64,000 bases of DNA, taken from Mobula hypostoma (lineage: Eukaryota). Made by a program: the position numbers and the translations under genes. A model generated the notes under the pieces. It was not told the origin of the DNA, ran no database searches, and saw only the letters and a program-made list of their open reading frames with translations. Below, one piece after another: positions 1 to 12,262 of the stretch; the first letter of the stretch is position 1, and every line of letters begins with the position of its first letter. The stretch is taken from positions 63,056,001 to 63,120,000 of the forward strand of contig NC_086108.1 of the NCBI RefSeq assembly GCF_963921235.1. Reading direction: 5' to 3'.

Positions 1-216
1 GTCCAAATGCATTCAGATATCTCAGGTTGGTAAGTTGGGAGAGGGTAAAAGGACAATAAATGAGAAAGTCGACAATTTAGAAGGTTTATTTATTTCTAAA
101 CAAAGCAAAGGTCGTAACTATTTCACCGATTAACTAATGGAGGAAAAGCATGATGACCTGAAGATAAAGAAGTAAGCTTCACTGAATCACTAAGACATAT
201 GCAAGAGCTACATAAT

Positions 217-715
217 CAAGTTCAAGTTTATTTGATATGGAACTGTATACATGTATTACACCAAGCAAAACAGTGTTCCTGTGGACCTAGGTGGAAAGCA
301 CAGTATATCTAATTTACACACAGCATAAAGTAATAACACCACAAATAAACTGCAAATAGTAAAATATGTTCAAGAAGATTGACATTTAGCATAAGGTGCA
401 TTTACAACACAAGTTAAAAAGTAAACAATATAACGCTACTGGCTCTTCATACATGATGACACCTGGATAGTGGCAGGGAGTTCAGTAGTCTTAGGGCCCG
501 GGAGAACAAGCTGATTCCCTTCCTAACAGTCCTTGTCCTAATGCTATGGTCCCTCTTGCCTGATGGTAGTGAGTCAAAGAGATTGTGGGATCAATGGGAG
601 GGATCCTTGGCAGTGCTAAGGGCTCTGCTCCTGGATAAGTATTTTGGATTGGTGGAAAAGAGACCCCAGTGATCTTCTCAGCAGCTTTTGCAATCCTTTG
701 TAGGGTCTTGCAGTA
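217..715 (-). mobile_element. Rex1/Babar-type LINE, 3' end fragment
   Basis: Reverse complement encodes LFDSLPSGKR, matching the LF.LLPSGRRY ORF end seen in the other Rex copies here. The 3' UTR resembles the copy at about 16078-16270. Confidence 0.7.
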
Positions 716-718
716 TTA

Positions 719-1127
719 GATCTACGCCATACATGCTTAGTGTTGAGCCTAAAGAGTTCCAGCTTAGTCTCATCTGACGATGACTATCTTCCACATCCTT
801 GCAGTATTTTCTAAGTGATGCTTTGCAAAGTCTTCATGGGCAAGGATATGTTTTTTTTAGACCTACGTCTGGCTTAAGTCTATAACTGCGCGTCAGTCAG
901 GTAACACCATCGCCTATAGTTGAAGTAGCATCATGCTATAGGGATGCCTTTCAGCAGCAGGGACTGAAAATCTGGTCAGGCTTGATGAGTACGTGATTGC
1001 TGTTCAATACAATGAGATCCTGGATGAAAACCTGCTAGCCTCTGACAGAAAGCTTAAACTAAGGAGGAGGTTTGTCTTTTAACAGGACGGTGGCCCGAAG
1101 CACACTGCCAGAGTAGCCATGGAGTGA
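719..1127. mobile_element. Tc1/mariner transposase remnant, left part; 719-860 is inverted (-) and 862-1127 is (+)
   Basis: Minus strand reads ...FAKHHLENTARMWKIV..DETKLELFRLNTKHVWRR. Plus strand reads SIML*GCLSAAGT...EILDENLLAS..KLKLRRRFVF*QDGGPKHTARVAME. These are Tc1 DD34E-region motifs. Confidence 0.85.
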
Positions 1128-1129
1128 CC

Positions 1130-4100
1130 CATAGAAACTTAGAAAACCTACAGCATAATACAGGCCCTTCGGCCCACAAAGTTATGCCCAACATGTCCCT
1201 ACCTTAGAAATTACTAGGCTTACCTACGGCCTTCTATTTTTCTAAGCTCCATGTACCTATCTAGGAGTCTCTTAAAAGACCCTATCGTATCCGCCTCCAC
1301 CACCGTTGCTGGCAGCCCATTCCATGCATTCACCAATCTCTGAGTAAAAACTTACCCCTGACTTCTACTCGGTACCAACTCCCCAGCACCTTAAACCTGT
1401 GTCCTCTTGTGGAAACCATTTCAGCCCTCGGAAAAAGCCTCCGACTATCCACACGATCAATGCCTCTCATCATCTTATACACCTCTATCATGTCACCTCT
1501 CATCCTTCGTTGCTCCAAGGAGAAAAGGCCAAGTTCACTCAACCTATTCTCATAAGGCATGTTCCCCAATCCAGGTAACATCCTTGTAAATCTCCTCTGC
1601 ACCCTTTCTATGGTTTCCACATCCTTCCTGTAGTGAGGTGACCAGAACTGAGCATAGTACTCCAAGTGGGGTCTGACCAGGGTCCTATATAGCTGCAACA
1701 TTACCTTTCAGCTCCTAAATTCAATTCCACGATTGATGAAGGCCAATACGCCCTATGCCTTTTTAACCACAGAGTCAACCTGCGCAGCTGCTTTGAGTCT
1801 CCTATGGACTCAGACCCCAAGATCCCTCTGATTCTCCACACTACCAAGAGTCTTACCATTAATACTATATTCTGCCATCATATTTGACCTACCAAAATGA
1901 ACCACTTCACACTTATCCAGGTTGAACTCCATCTGCCACTTCTCAGCCCAGTTTTGCATCCTACCAATGTCCCGCTGTAACCTCTGACAGCCCTCCACAC
2001 TACCCACAACACCTCCAACATTTGTGTCATCAGCAAACTTACTAAACCATCCCTCCACTTCCTCATCCAGGTCATTTATAAAAATCACGAAGAGTAAGGG
2101 TCCCAGAATAGATCCCTGAGGCACTCCACTGGTGACCGACCTCCATGCAGAATATGACCCGTCTACAGCCACTCTTTGCCTTCTGTGGGCAACCCAGTTC
2201 TGGATCCACAAAGCAATGTCCCCTTGGATCCCATGCCTCCTTACTTTCTCAATAAGCCTTGCATGGGATACCTTATCAAATGCTTTGCTGAAATCCATTT
2301 ACACTACATCTACTGCTCTTCCTTCATCAATGTGTTTAGTCACATCCTCAAAAAATTCATTCAGACTTGTAAGGCACAACCTGCCCTTGACAAAGCCATG
2401 CTGACTATTTCTAATCTTATGATCCGTGTTCCAGTGTTCATAAATCCTGCCTGTCAGTATCTTCTCCATCAACTTACCAACCACTGAGGTAAGACTCACT
2501 GGTCTATAATTTCCTGGGCTATCTCTACTCCCTTTCTTGAATAAAGGAACAACATCCGCAACCCTTCAGTCCTCTGGAACCTCTCCCATCCCCATTGATG
2601 ATGCAAAGATCATTGCCAGAGACTCGGCAATCTCCTCCCTCGCTTCCCACAATATCCTTGTGTACATCTCATCAGGTCCCAGTAACTTATCCAACTTGAT
2701 GCTTTCAAAAGCTCCAGCACATCCTCTTTCTTAATATCTACATGCTCAAGCTTTTCAGTCTGCAGCAAGTCATCACTGCAATCACGAAGATCCTGTTCCA
2801 CAGTGAATGCTGAAGTGAAGTATTCATTAAGTACCTCTACTATTTCCTCCGGTTCTATACACACTTTCCCACTGTCACACTTAATAGGTCCTATTATTTC
2901 ACGTCTTATCCTCTTGCTCTTCACATACTTGTAGAATGCCTTGGGGTTTTCTTTAATCCTGCCTGCCAAGGATTTCTCATGGTCCCTTCTGGTCTCCTAA
3001 TTTCCTTCTTAAGCGTCTTCCTATTAGCCTTATAATCTTCTAGATCTCTAACATTACCTAAATCTCTGAACCTCTTGTAAGCTTTTCTTTCCTTCTTGAC
3101 TAGATTTATTACAGCCTTTGTACACCACGGTTGCTGTACCCTACCTTAACTTCCCTGTCTCATTGTAACATACCTGTGCAGAACTCCACACAAATATCCC
3201 CTGAACATTTGCCACATTTCTTCTGTACTTTTCCTTGAGAACAGCAGTTTCCAATTTAAGCTTCCAATTTCCTGCCTGATAGCCTCATAATTCCCCTTAC
3301 TCCAATTAAATGCTTTTCTAACTTGTCTGTGCCTATCTGTCTCCAATGCTATTGTAAAGGAGATAGAATTATGATCTCTGTCTCCAAAATGCTCTCCCAC
3401 TGAGAGATCTGACAACTGACCAGGTTCATTTCCCAATACCGAATCAAGTACAGCCTCTCCTCTTGTAGGTTTATCTACATATTGTATCAAGAAACCTTCT
3501 TGAACATACCTAACAAACTCCACCCCATCTAAACCCCTTGCTCTAGGGTTATGCCAATCGATATTTGGGAAATTAAAATCTCCCATCACAACAACTCTGT
3601 TATTATTACACCTTTCCAGGATCTGTTTCCTTATCTGCTCCTCGATATCCCTGTTACTATTGGGCGGCCTAGAAAAGACACGCAGTAACGTTATTGACCC
3701 CTTCCTGTTCCTAACCTCCACCTACAGAGACTCCGTAGACAATCTCTCCATGGTGTCCATCTTTTCTGCAGCCGTGACACTATCTCTGATCCACAGTGCC
3801 ACGCCCTCACCTCATTTGTCTCCCTCCCTGTCCTTTCTGAAACATCTAAAACCCAGCACTTGAAGTAACCATTCCTGTCCCTGAGCCATCTAAGTATCTG
3901 TACATCATATCTCCAAGTACTGATCCATGCTCTAAGCTCATCTGCTTTGTTCACAAGACTCCTTGCGTTAAAATAGACACATCTCAAACCATCGGTCTGA
4001 GCGTGGCCCTTCTCTATCACCTGCCTATCCTCCCTCTCGCACTGTCTACAAGCTTTCTGTATTTGTGAACCAACCTCCTCTTCCCCAGTCTCTTCAGTTC

Positions 4101-4240
4101 AGTTCCCACCCCCCAACAATTCTAGTTTAAACTCTCCCCAGTAGCCTTAGCTAACCTACCTGCCAGGATATTGGTCCCCCTGAGATCCAAGTGCAACCCG
4201 TCCTTTTTGTTCAGGTCACACCTGCCCCAAAAGAGGTCCC
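1130..4240 (-). mobile_element. CR1 LINE, 5'-truncated within ORF1, degraded
   Basis: Contains ORF1 esterase tail (DGLHLDLRGTNILAG), APE endonuclease (YFNARS, GDFNFP, DHNSI), RT (DFSKAFDKV, GVPQGSILGP, KFADD) and CR1 C-terminus (LVRPHLEY..QFWSP). A (TTTCTATG)-type tail lies at 1130-1146. Confidence 0.95.
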
Positions 4241-4244
4241 AAAT

Positions 4245-4733
4245 GAAGAATGGCTTCAAATGAAGAAAATTGATGTTCTTGAGTAGCCCAGTCAGAGTCC
4301 TGACCTTAACCCCATCAAACATCTTTGGCAAGACCTCAAGATTGTTGTCCACTGCTGCTTCCCAACCAACCAGGCACAGCTTGAGCCGTTTTACAAGAGG
4401 AATGGGCAAACCTTGCACCATCACAATGTGCAAAGCTAACAGAGACTTATTCAAATTCAAAATGTCTACTGTTAGTAATAGCTGTGAGAGGTGGTTCAAC
4501 TAAGTACTGAACAAAAGAGGATGAATACTTTTGAACTGCTGACATTTCAGCCTTTGAATATTTAGTTTTTCTTGCTTTAGAATTTTTCCTGTTTTTAGGG
4601 CTCCACTGTGAAAAAAGGTGCATATGATTCATGATAAAAAACATTCTCAGTTAAGTTGATCAAAATCCTTAGCTGTAATACTCATTTATGTGAACAAAGG
4701 ATTGGGGCCTGAATATTTTTACAATTCACTGTA
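4245..4733 (+). mobile_element. Tc1/mariner remnant, right part, with terminal CACTG plus TA
   Basis: Encodes EWLQMKKIDVLE*PSQSPDLNPIKHLW...VIAVRGGSTKY*. Ends ...ACAATTCACTG|TA at 4731/4732-4733. Confidence 0.88.
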
Positions 4734-5379
4734 TGAAGCACGGCTGGCAACATTTCTGAAAGGGGAAAGGTAGGATGAACCTTTCAGATCAATGACTTCT
4801 GTCATAACATGAAGATGAATAAGCTTTAAGGAAGTTCAAAGAAATTAAAATGAGAAGGGATGCAAATATCTCTCCCCATCAATACTTGCATTCTGCATTC
4901 TCTATTACAATGTTAGCAACAAACACGCGTTCTTTTCCTCACTTCTTAAAATACCATGGTGGGGCCTGATCCAATTCCTCATCACCCAACATCTGCTTCT
5001 CATTTTCTTAGCAATCTTAGATTGTGAATGCAAGATGATAAAGAATTGAGACATTGTGGAATTTTGGGAGCAGAGCATGAGGTGATCTGAAGTCAGTACA
5101 GGATTGAAGCTGAGAGATACCTGGAAGTCATTAGAATAGCCAAATAGCAAAGCTTGGAGGTAAGAAAATGGTCAAATACTCAGTCCACTATGAATTAGCT
5201 AGTCTAATTTTGAAGTTCTGGACAGTAACTTCATGGTAAACTAACATTATATACTACATCAGTTTCTCTTCCTACAAATGCTTCCTGGCATGATGAGTAT
5301 TTCTAATATTTTCTGTTTTTAAATCAATCTTCTAGCATTGATAGATTTGTTTTCTTTTCTAATACTTCATATGTCTCTA

Positions 5380-5602
5380 GCAGAGGAAATCTGCAGGTGT
5401 TGGAAATCCAGGCAACATGCAGAAAGTGCTGGAGGAACTCAACAGGCCAGGCAACACCTATGGAAAAGAGTAAACAGTCGATGTTTCGGGCCGAGACCCT
5501 TCAGTCTGGCTCGAAACGTCTGGTCCTGAAATGTCAACAGCACTTTTCCGTAGATGCTGCTTGGCCTGCTGAGCTCCTCCAGCATTTTGCGTCTGTTGCT
5601 TG
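5380..5602. mobile_element. Palindromic element made of two inverted Penelope-type termini
   Basis: The arms GCTGGAGGAACTCAACAGGCCAGGCAACACCTATGGAAAAG and CTTTTCCGTAGATGCTGCTTGGCCTGCTGAGCTCCTCCAGC are reverse complements. Both are homologous to the Penelope termini at 10625-10760 and 43420-43512. Confidence 0.8.
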
Positions 5603-5814
5603 ATACATCTCTGAGTGTTTTGTTTTCTGTAGTGACTGTTTTGCAAACCTCAATTTGGCAGTGACTATATCTTTGGTTTTAATAGAACAAGAAGATTGTA
5701 TTTTCCATTTTAAGATTGTTATTATCCAGTAAAAATCACTTAAAAAGAGTGAAGATTTGCTTGATTATATGAGACTACTTACAGGAAACACCTAAACTTC
5801 ACAAGTGTTCTTTG

Positions 5815-6132
5815 ACAGACTTTGTACTTTATTTCTGCACTTTAGTGTTTATAACTTAGCAAACATCCACTGTTCCTTTACAATCCAAAGTTGGAATGAC
5901 AGGCTGAATTGCATGTGTCTGTGCACTGCCAGCACACTAGACCATCGATTGATGGATATTGTCGCTCAGAGTCCTGGACTATATATATTTTTTGAGTGGA
6001 TATGCTCCTTTGCTCAATATTTTGAATGTTTGCTTACTATTTTGAATGTTTTGCACCCTGGCCCCAGAGGAACGCTGTCTGGTTCAGCTGTTTGAATGGT
6101 TTGAATGATAATTAAACTTGATTTGATTTGAT
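5815..6132 (+). mobile_element. Probable Rex-type LINE 3' UTR/tail fragment
   Basis: Ends in AATTAAACTTGATTTGATTTGA and resembles the reverse complement of 217-300. Confidence 0.5.
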
Positions 6133-8008
6133 TAGAATGTAGAATTAAAAACAAAAATCTTATTTTAAAACAAAATGTTTAGAAATAATGATTTGGCATT
6201 AAGTTAAAACCAGAGGTTTTGATAATGCTGAAAATTCTCCAGTTATCCAAACAAAACTTAGACCAAAGGAACTGATTTTGAGACATGGAAATCCCCACAA
6301 AGCAAACCTGGAATTCAAAGTGCAAAGGTCAGAAGCCAAAAACTCTCCTGTCTGATCTTGTTTTAAAAGATTAGGAAAGAGCAAATCTGGAGATTCAATT
6401 TTTCTCTACATCAACAGACTACTCTTTGATGCGGTTACAGTGTTATCTATCTAAGTGCAACTCTTATCCAAACAAACAAAATTCCTAATAGTAATTGCGA
6501 TTCATTTCTGCTGGTATATTTGGAGAAGCAAGGTAGTTATCTGGTAATATATACAGTAAAAAATGTTTTTTAAATGCTAATGATACCCTTAAGCTGTGTT
6601 GGAGGATGTTTTTTCACTTGAGTTATTTTCATTTCTTTCAAAGTTAATTTTTAAAGTTCCTTGCAGCTAATTTTTAACAGGAGTAAAATTAAAATACTGA
6701 AGAAAGAATGAAAATTGAATCTTAAAATGGGTAAAGGCTTGAGAATTAACTATAATTAGGTAAATGTTTTAAAACAATAAATTTTAAACAAAATGCAAGA
6801 ATTTTTTTTCCCCCAGGGGAGCATTAATCATTAGACTGTGGACTATAATTGAGAATGATCTCCAACAGCATATGTTTTTAATCAAGATTACATTTATACT
6901 TAAAGGAATAATTTTGTTTAAAGGTAGTTAATTGAAGATCAAATTAATATTGATCTACATTTTGAATTTCTATATAAATCTGACAGTTTCCTTTGTTTTT
7001 AAGAACACTAGATACAGAAATTCAGAGTATTTTGCATGTTTTTGGGGCTCTAAAGTTAGTTTTTAAATGGTGTCTCATACAAATGTGCACACTTAGGGGG
7101 CTAGTTACAGCTGGAGATATACTGGTGAAGAACTTGGTACACACACACAATTGACTGTATAGGCAGACCTGTCAGCAGGAAATCACCTGCACATTGCAAC
7201 ACGAAGGAATTATTAACCACCTTTTCGATGGTGGAAATTTCCGTACAACTACATGGACTGGGTTGTGCTGATTGCTTGCTGATGGTTCCATGGAGAACAA
7301 TTTGCTGGTTACAGTGTTCAGGTTAACATGTTCCAGATTTCGATTTGCATTGCATTGGTCAAGACCACAGTGAAAATCAAATATCAGTGCACTTGACTTC
7401 CCTTTACATCATAAGACTCAGCAGTGAGTTCAAGGATGGAGCACCAAATACTGTGTTGAGAGGCCTAATACACTGTTTCATTTGAATAGGGTCACTGACA
7501 TGCACTGGAAAAAGTAAACGCAGCTACACTATTTTTTAAATTATTTATTTTACTCAATGTTAATTTATTTTACTTAACTTAAAAACTTAAACTTTTTAAG
7601 AATTTTTAAGATTATTTAAATCTTTTCCAGCCATTTTAATTTTTTTTTTGTTATCATGTGCATTTAGAAATACTTTAAAAGAACTGTGGCGGCAGTGGAA
7701 CATTAAAAGCCAATCAGGGTGGCCCGGCTTGGAATCTTGGGCTCTATCCCCGAAATCTAGTTGTTCCTTGCAGGCTGCTCCACTACAGAGAATGGCTGTG
7801 GCACTATAGGTGCTGATAGGTGAAGCCACAGGGATAGAACGTTCAGGCTGACATCCACATGCAATTGTCTAGATCAATCACAAATTGGTGACACATTGAT
7901 TGTAGACATTATCAGTGGACCTACTCCATTCACTGACTCCCAAACTTCTCCAATGGTCTGAAAGTGACTCCATGTTTTATAAACTTGTCACTTTGACACA
8001 AAAACATG

Positions 8009-8731
8009 TGTAGCCCCCCCCCCCCCCCCGGTAAGCCTCAGGCTCGCTCAACTCACTTTCGTCTAGGGGGAGCAGCCTTTGGCCCCGCCAAACTGGGTAA
8101 TCAAGTTTGTGTGGATACTGTGTGATGTACCCCACCCCGTCACATAACAGACAATACACCATATGTGATTAAATGATTACACTTTATAGATCTTACTGGA
8201 ACTATGTAATTAATAGAGATAAAATACAAAAGGAAAGTAAAAGGCACCGAACTTATCAAAGTTCAACCACTTCGTGCACAACAGTTAGAGCTCAATTAAC
8301 GGAGTCTTCTTTCCACCATTTGATCGCCTCCAATCGCCTGGGACCAACCACTATGGTTGACCAGACGCTCCACAGGAGTCTGTCCTTGTCTCCTCTCCTC
8401 GCCGAAGACCCTGGACCTCGGACTCCCGCTCGGGGTCCGAGCCGTCGGCCAGCTTACAGCATCGCGTCTCCTCTCTATGTCCCCATTGTGCCTTCCCCCT
8501 CAAAGCCTGAGAACAAAAGCTTACAGACACACAAGAAAGAATAACATCTATCCCAATTGATTAGCAAATGAATACAGTTCTCGTTATCAGTAGTTATAAC
8601 CCAAACAAGTTGCTAGAGAGAGAAACACTGTCTCAGCAGTTATTATTACAGAAAAGCCATTTTAATTATAACATAACAAAGAAGCCATTTTGTTAGCCTT
8701 CGCAGTAACATAAAAGAAGAAACCCCTTACA
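8009..8731 (-). mobile_element. Solo LTR (Gypsy-like), 723 bp
   Basis: Minus strand has TGTAAGGGG...GGGGCTACA ends. A 4-bp TSD CATG is present at 8005-8008 and 8732-8735. Confidence 0.85.
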
Positions 8732-8789
8732 CATGCATGAAACCACATAGTAATCTCTACATGCTCAGTTCAACCTTTATTGGAACACT

Positions 8790-8960
8790 TCTATTGCATT
8801 AACAATATTTAAAAGCCATTTAGATAGCTGCATGGATAGGAAAGATTTAGATCGCTATAGGGCAAATGTGAGCAAATAGGTCTAGATTAAATGGAAATCT
8901 TGATCAGCATGAACCATTCAGGCTGAAGGATCTGGTTCTGTGCTATATGACTCCATGACT
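8790..8960 (+). mobile_element. Old CR1 3' end fragment
   Basis: Reads TTTAAAAG..TTAGATAG..CATGGAT...GGCTGAAGG..CTG..TCTGTGCTATATGACTCCATGACTCT, a CR1-type 3' tail. Confidence 0.65.
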
Positions 8961-9199
8961 CTGCCTCAGGCAGTCCAGTTCTGAAACAATCATCATTGTC
9001 TCATTAAACATTAAATCGGTTTAAAGGTTGTACTCCTCATTTCCAAATCCCTTTATAGCTTCACTCCACTTTTTCTCCCGGAAACATACTTGTGCTCCTC
9101 TGTGTTTCATCCCGAGATCATCTCCAAATTCAATCACAGCAAATTTGGCACCTGTGCTTTAAATGGCCAAAGCCATAAGCCTTTGAATTCCCTTGAAAA

Positions 9200-10620
9200 G
9201 TACTCTGCTTCAACTCTTGGACCTTCAGGGGCTCCATCTTCCTCTCACCCCAACCCTCCCCTCTCCACTGACACCACCAGCCTCCCTCCTCCCCCCCGAT
9301 CCCACTTCTCATCTGTGCCGAGTTGCCGAGTTTTTACCATCCCCTCCGACCTTCAACTGTCTGAGGCAGAATGCTCTGTCCTCAGTAAGGGCCTTACCTT
9401 TGTCCCCCTTCACCCACACCTCAGCGAGTTCTGCATTCTTTGAGCCTACTTCTTCGGCAAGGACTCTCCCACCCCCACCGATGACCCCTTCTCCCGTCTT
9501 CAGCCCTCCTTCTCTTCATGGACACCCTGCTCTGGTCTTCTGCCTGCTCTGGATCTCTTTATTGCTAACTGCCGACGGGACAACAACCGTTTCGTCTTCA
9601 CCACAGCTTTTTCCCATTCCAACCTCACTCCTTCCGAACGCTCTGCTCTCCACTCCCTTTGCACTAATGCTGACCTTACTATAACACTCGCCGACAAGGA
9701 GGGTGCTGTTTTAGTCTGGTTTACTGACCTCTTCCTTGCCGAGGCACAGCGACAACTCGTGGATGCCTCCTCTTATTTACCCCTCGATCATGACCCCACT
9801 AAGGAGCACCAGGCCATTGTCTCCCACACCATCACCAACTTTATCCGCTCAGGGGATCTCCCATCCACTGCTATCAACCTTATTGTTCCCACACCCGACA
9901 CTTCCCGTTTCTACCTCCTACCCAAGATCCACAAACCTGCCTGTCCAGGTAGAACCATTGTTTCAGCTTGCTCCTGCCCCACCGAACTCATTTCTGCATA
10001 CCTCAACACTGTTTTATCCCCCCTTGTTCAATCCCTTCCCACCTATGTTCGTGACACTTCTCACGCTCTGAAATTTTTCAATGTTTTTAAGTTCCCTGGC
10101 CTGCACCGCTTTATTTTCATCATGGATGTCCAGTCCCTATATACCTCCATCCCCTATCAGGAAGGTCTCAAAGCTCTCCACTTCTTTTTGGATTCCAGAC
10201 CTAATCAGTTCCCCTCTACCACCACTCTGCTCTGTCTTGGGGAATTAGTCCTCACTCTTAATAATTTCTCCTTTGGCTCCTCCCACTTCCTCCGAACTAA
10301 AGGTGTAGCTGTGAGCACCCATATGAGTCCTAGCTATGCCTGCCTTTTTGTTGGCTTTCTGGAACAATCCATGTTCCAAGCCTATACTGGTATCATTTCC
10401 CCCACTTCTCCTTCGCTACATCGACAACTGCATTGGCGCTGCTTCCTGCACGCATGCTGAGCTCGTTGACTTCATCAGCTTTGCCTCCAACTTTCACCCT
10501 GCCCTCAAGTTTACCTGGTCCATTTCCGACACCTCCCTCCCCTTCCTTGATCTTTCTGTCTCTATCTCTGGAGACAGCTTATCTACTGATGTCTACTATA
10601 AGCCTACAGACTCTCACAAC
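9200..10620 (+). mobile_element. Penelope-like element, RT region (frameshifted)
   Basis: Motifs LSKGLTFVP, ADKEGAV, FYLLPKIHK, GRTIVS, MDVQSLYTSIP, KGVAVST.MSPSYACLF, LRYIDN, FLDLSV and YYKPTDSH are typical of Penelope/Poseidon RT. Confidence 0.92.
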
Positions 10621-10624
10621 TAAC

Positions 10625-11257
10625 AACAGGAATACCGCAGACGCTGGAAATTCAAGCAACACACATCAAAATTGCTGGTGAACGCAGCAGGCCAGGCAGC
10701 ATCTGTAGGAAGAGGTGCAGTTGACGTTTCAGGCCGAGACCCTTCGTCAGGACTAACTGAAGGAAGAGTGAGTAAGGGATTTGAAAGTTGGAGGGGGAGG
10801 GGGAGATCCAAAATGATAGGAGAAGACAGGAGGAGGAGGGATAGAGCCAAGAGCTGGACAGGTGATAGGCAAAAGGGGATACGAGAGGATCATGGGACAG
10901 GAGGTCCGGGAAGAAAGACAAGGAGGCGGGGGGGACCCAGAGGATGGGCAACAGGTATATTCAGAGGGACAGAGGGAGAAAAAGGAGAGTGAGAGAAAGA
11001 ATGTGTGCATAAAAATAAGTAACAGATGGGGTACAAGGGGGAGGTGGGCCTTAGCGGAAGTTAGAGAAGTCGATGTTCATGCCATCAGGTTGGAGGCTAC
11101 CCAGACGGAATATCAGGTGTTGTTCCTCCAACCTGAGTGTGGCTTCATCTTTACAGTAGAGGAGGCCATGGATAGACATGTCAGAATGGGAATGGGATGT
11201 GGAATTAAAATGTGTGGCCACTGGGAGATCCTGCTTTCTCTGGCGGACAGAGCGTAG
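10625..11257 (-). mobile_element. Penelope-like 3' end (GIY-YIG C-terminus plus pseudo-LTR), inverted relative to the RT
   Basis: Encodes HLRSVRQ..DLPVATHFNS..H......RLEEQHLIFRLGSLQPDGMNIDF*, followed by a pyrimidine-rich UTR and the terminus. Confidence 0.9.
10717..10754 (-). ncRNA. Minimal type I hammerhead ribozyme motif in a Penelope terminus
   Basis: Minus strand reads AGTC-CTGACGA-AGGGTCTCGGCCT-GAAA-CG-TC-AACTG. It has the conserved core CUGANGA/GAAA/GUC, a helix II hairpin and a palindromic ACGU helix III. Confidence 0.7.
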
Positions 11258-11769
11258 ATGGGTACACAAGTAACAAGTCTCGTTAGGGTACAGTGTAACT
11301 AAGAATGAGATGATGTAACACAGAGCAGAGCAAATTACAACGAGGAGAAAAATGGTACTCATCAGTGGGATTGGGAAAGGAATTTAGAGAAAATTGTTTC
11401 TTTTTTATGTACAAATAGAGGAAAAAGCAAATTTGGCAATTTTTTTCTTCATGAAGTCTCTTCCATCATGGATTTGGAACAGTATATCCTGACATATTTC
11501 ACCCTAATGTCAGTCATTTCACCATTTCATGTTGCACACGTAATCATGTCATCAATGTGCACAATTCGTGTTACTTAATTAATAGCAGAAGTTGGGCCAA
11601 AAAATCATGATATGCAACCTATATTATTATTAAGACAGAGTTAAACAAAGAACTTGTCCCCAAAGACTGTTAAAGTGCACATATGGGATAGTTCTTGTTC
11701 TTCCAGCGAGTAAAATTATAAGTGTACAACTGAGCAGAGCAAGTGGGGCATGGCACCTACTGACCGCAT

Positions 11770-12260
11770 CAATGAGTGCACACCTTTCAGTACATACCAA
11801 GTACTCCTGAACCAGAAACCCTGGATTAACCAGCAGATTCACAGTCTGCTGTAGTGTAGATCGGTGGCATTCAAGACCGATGAGTCAGAACCCTATAAGA
11901 AGTCCAGGTACAACCGATGGAAGGCTATCATGAGAAAGAAAAGGCAATTTCATGTGAATGTAAAGACACAATCAGATGCAAAACAGCTGTGGCAGAGTTT
12001 GCATGCCATTGCTTCCTCTGAGGCAAAAACAAACAGCATAATTGGGAGTGATTCTTTCCTCCATGATGAACTCAATGCCCTTATGCATGCTTTGAAAGGC
12101 AGAATAAAATTACATCTGTGCAAATGCCCACAACATTTGTCTCAGAGGCCAATGTCGGAACATCCTTCAAGAGCGTGAACCCTTGAGAGACATCAGGCCC
12201 TGATCGTGTATCTGCAGGGAGCTGAAAACAAATCTGTGCCAACTAACTGGCTGGAATGTA
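11770..12260 (+). mobile_element. Rex1/Babar LINE fragment, left part
   Basis: Encodes PNQKPWI...AFK...YKKSRY...WQSLHAI...DELNA, homologous to 25925-26600. Confidence 0.8.
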
Positions 12261-12262
12261 TA

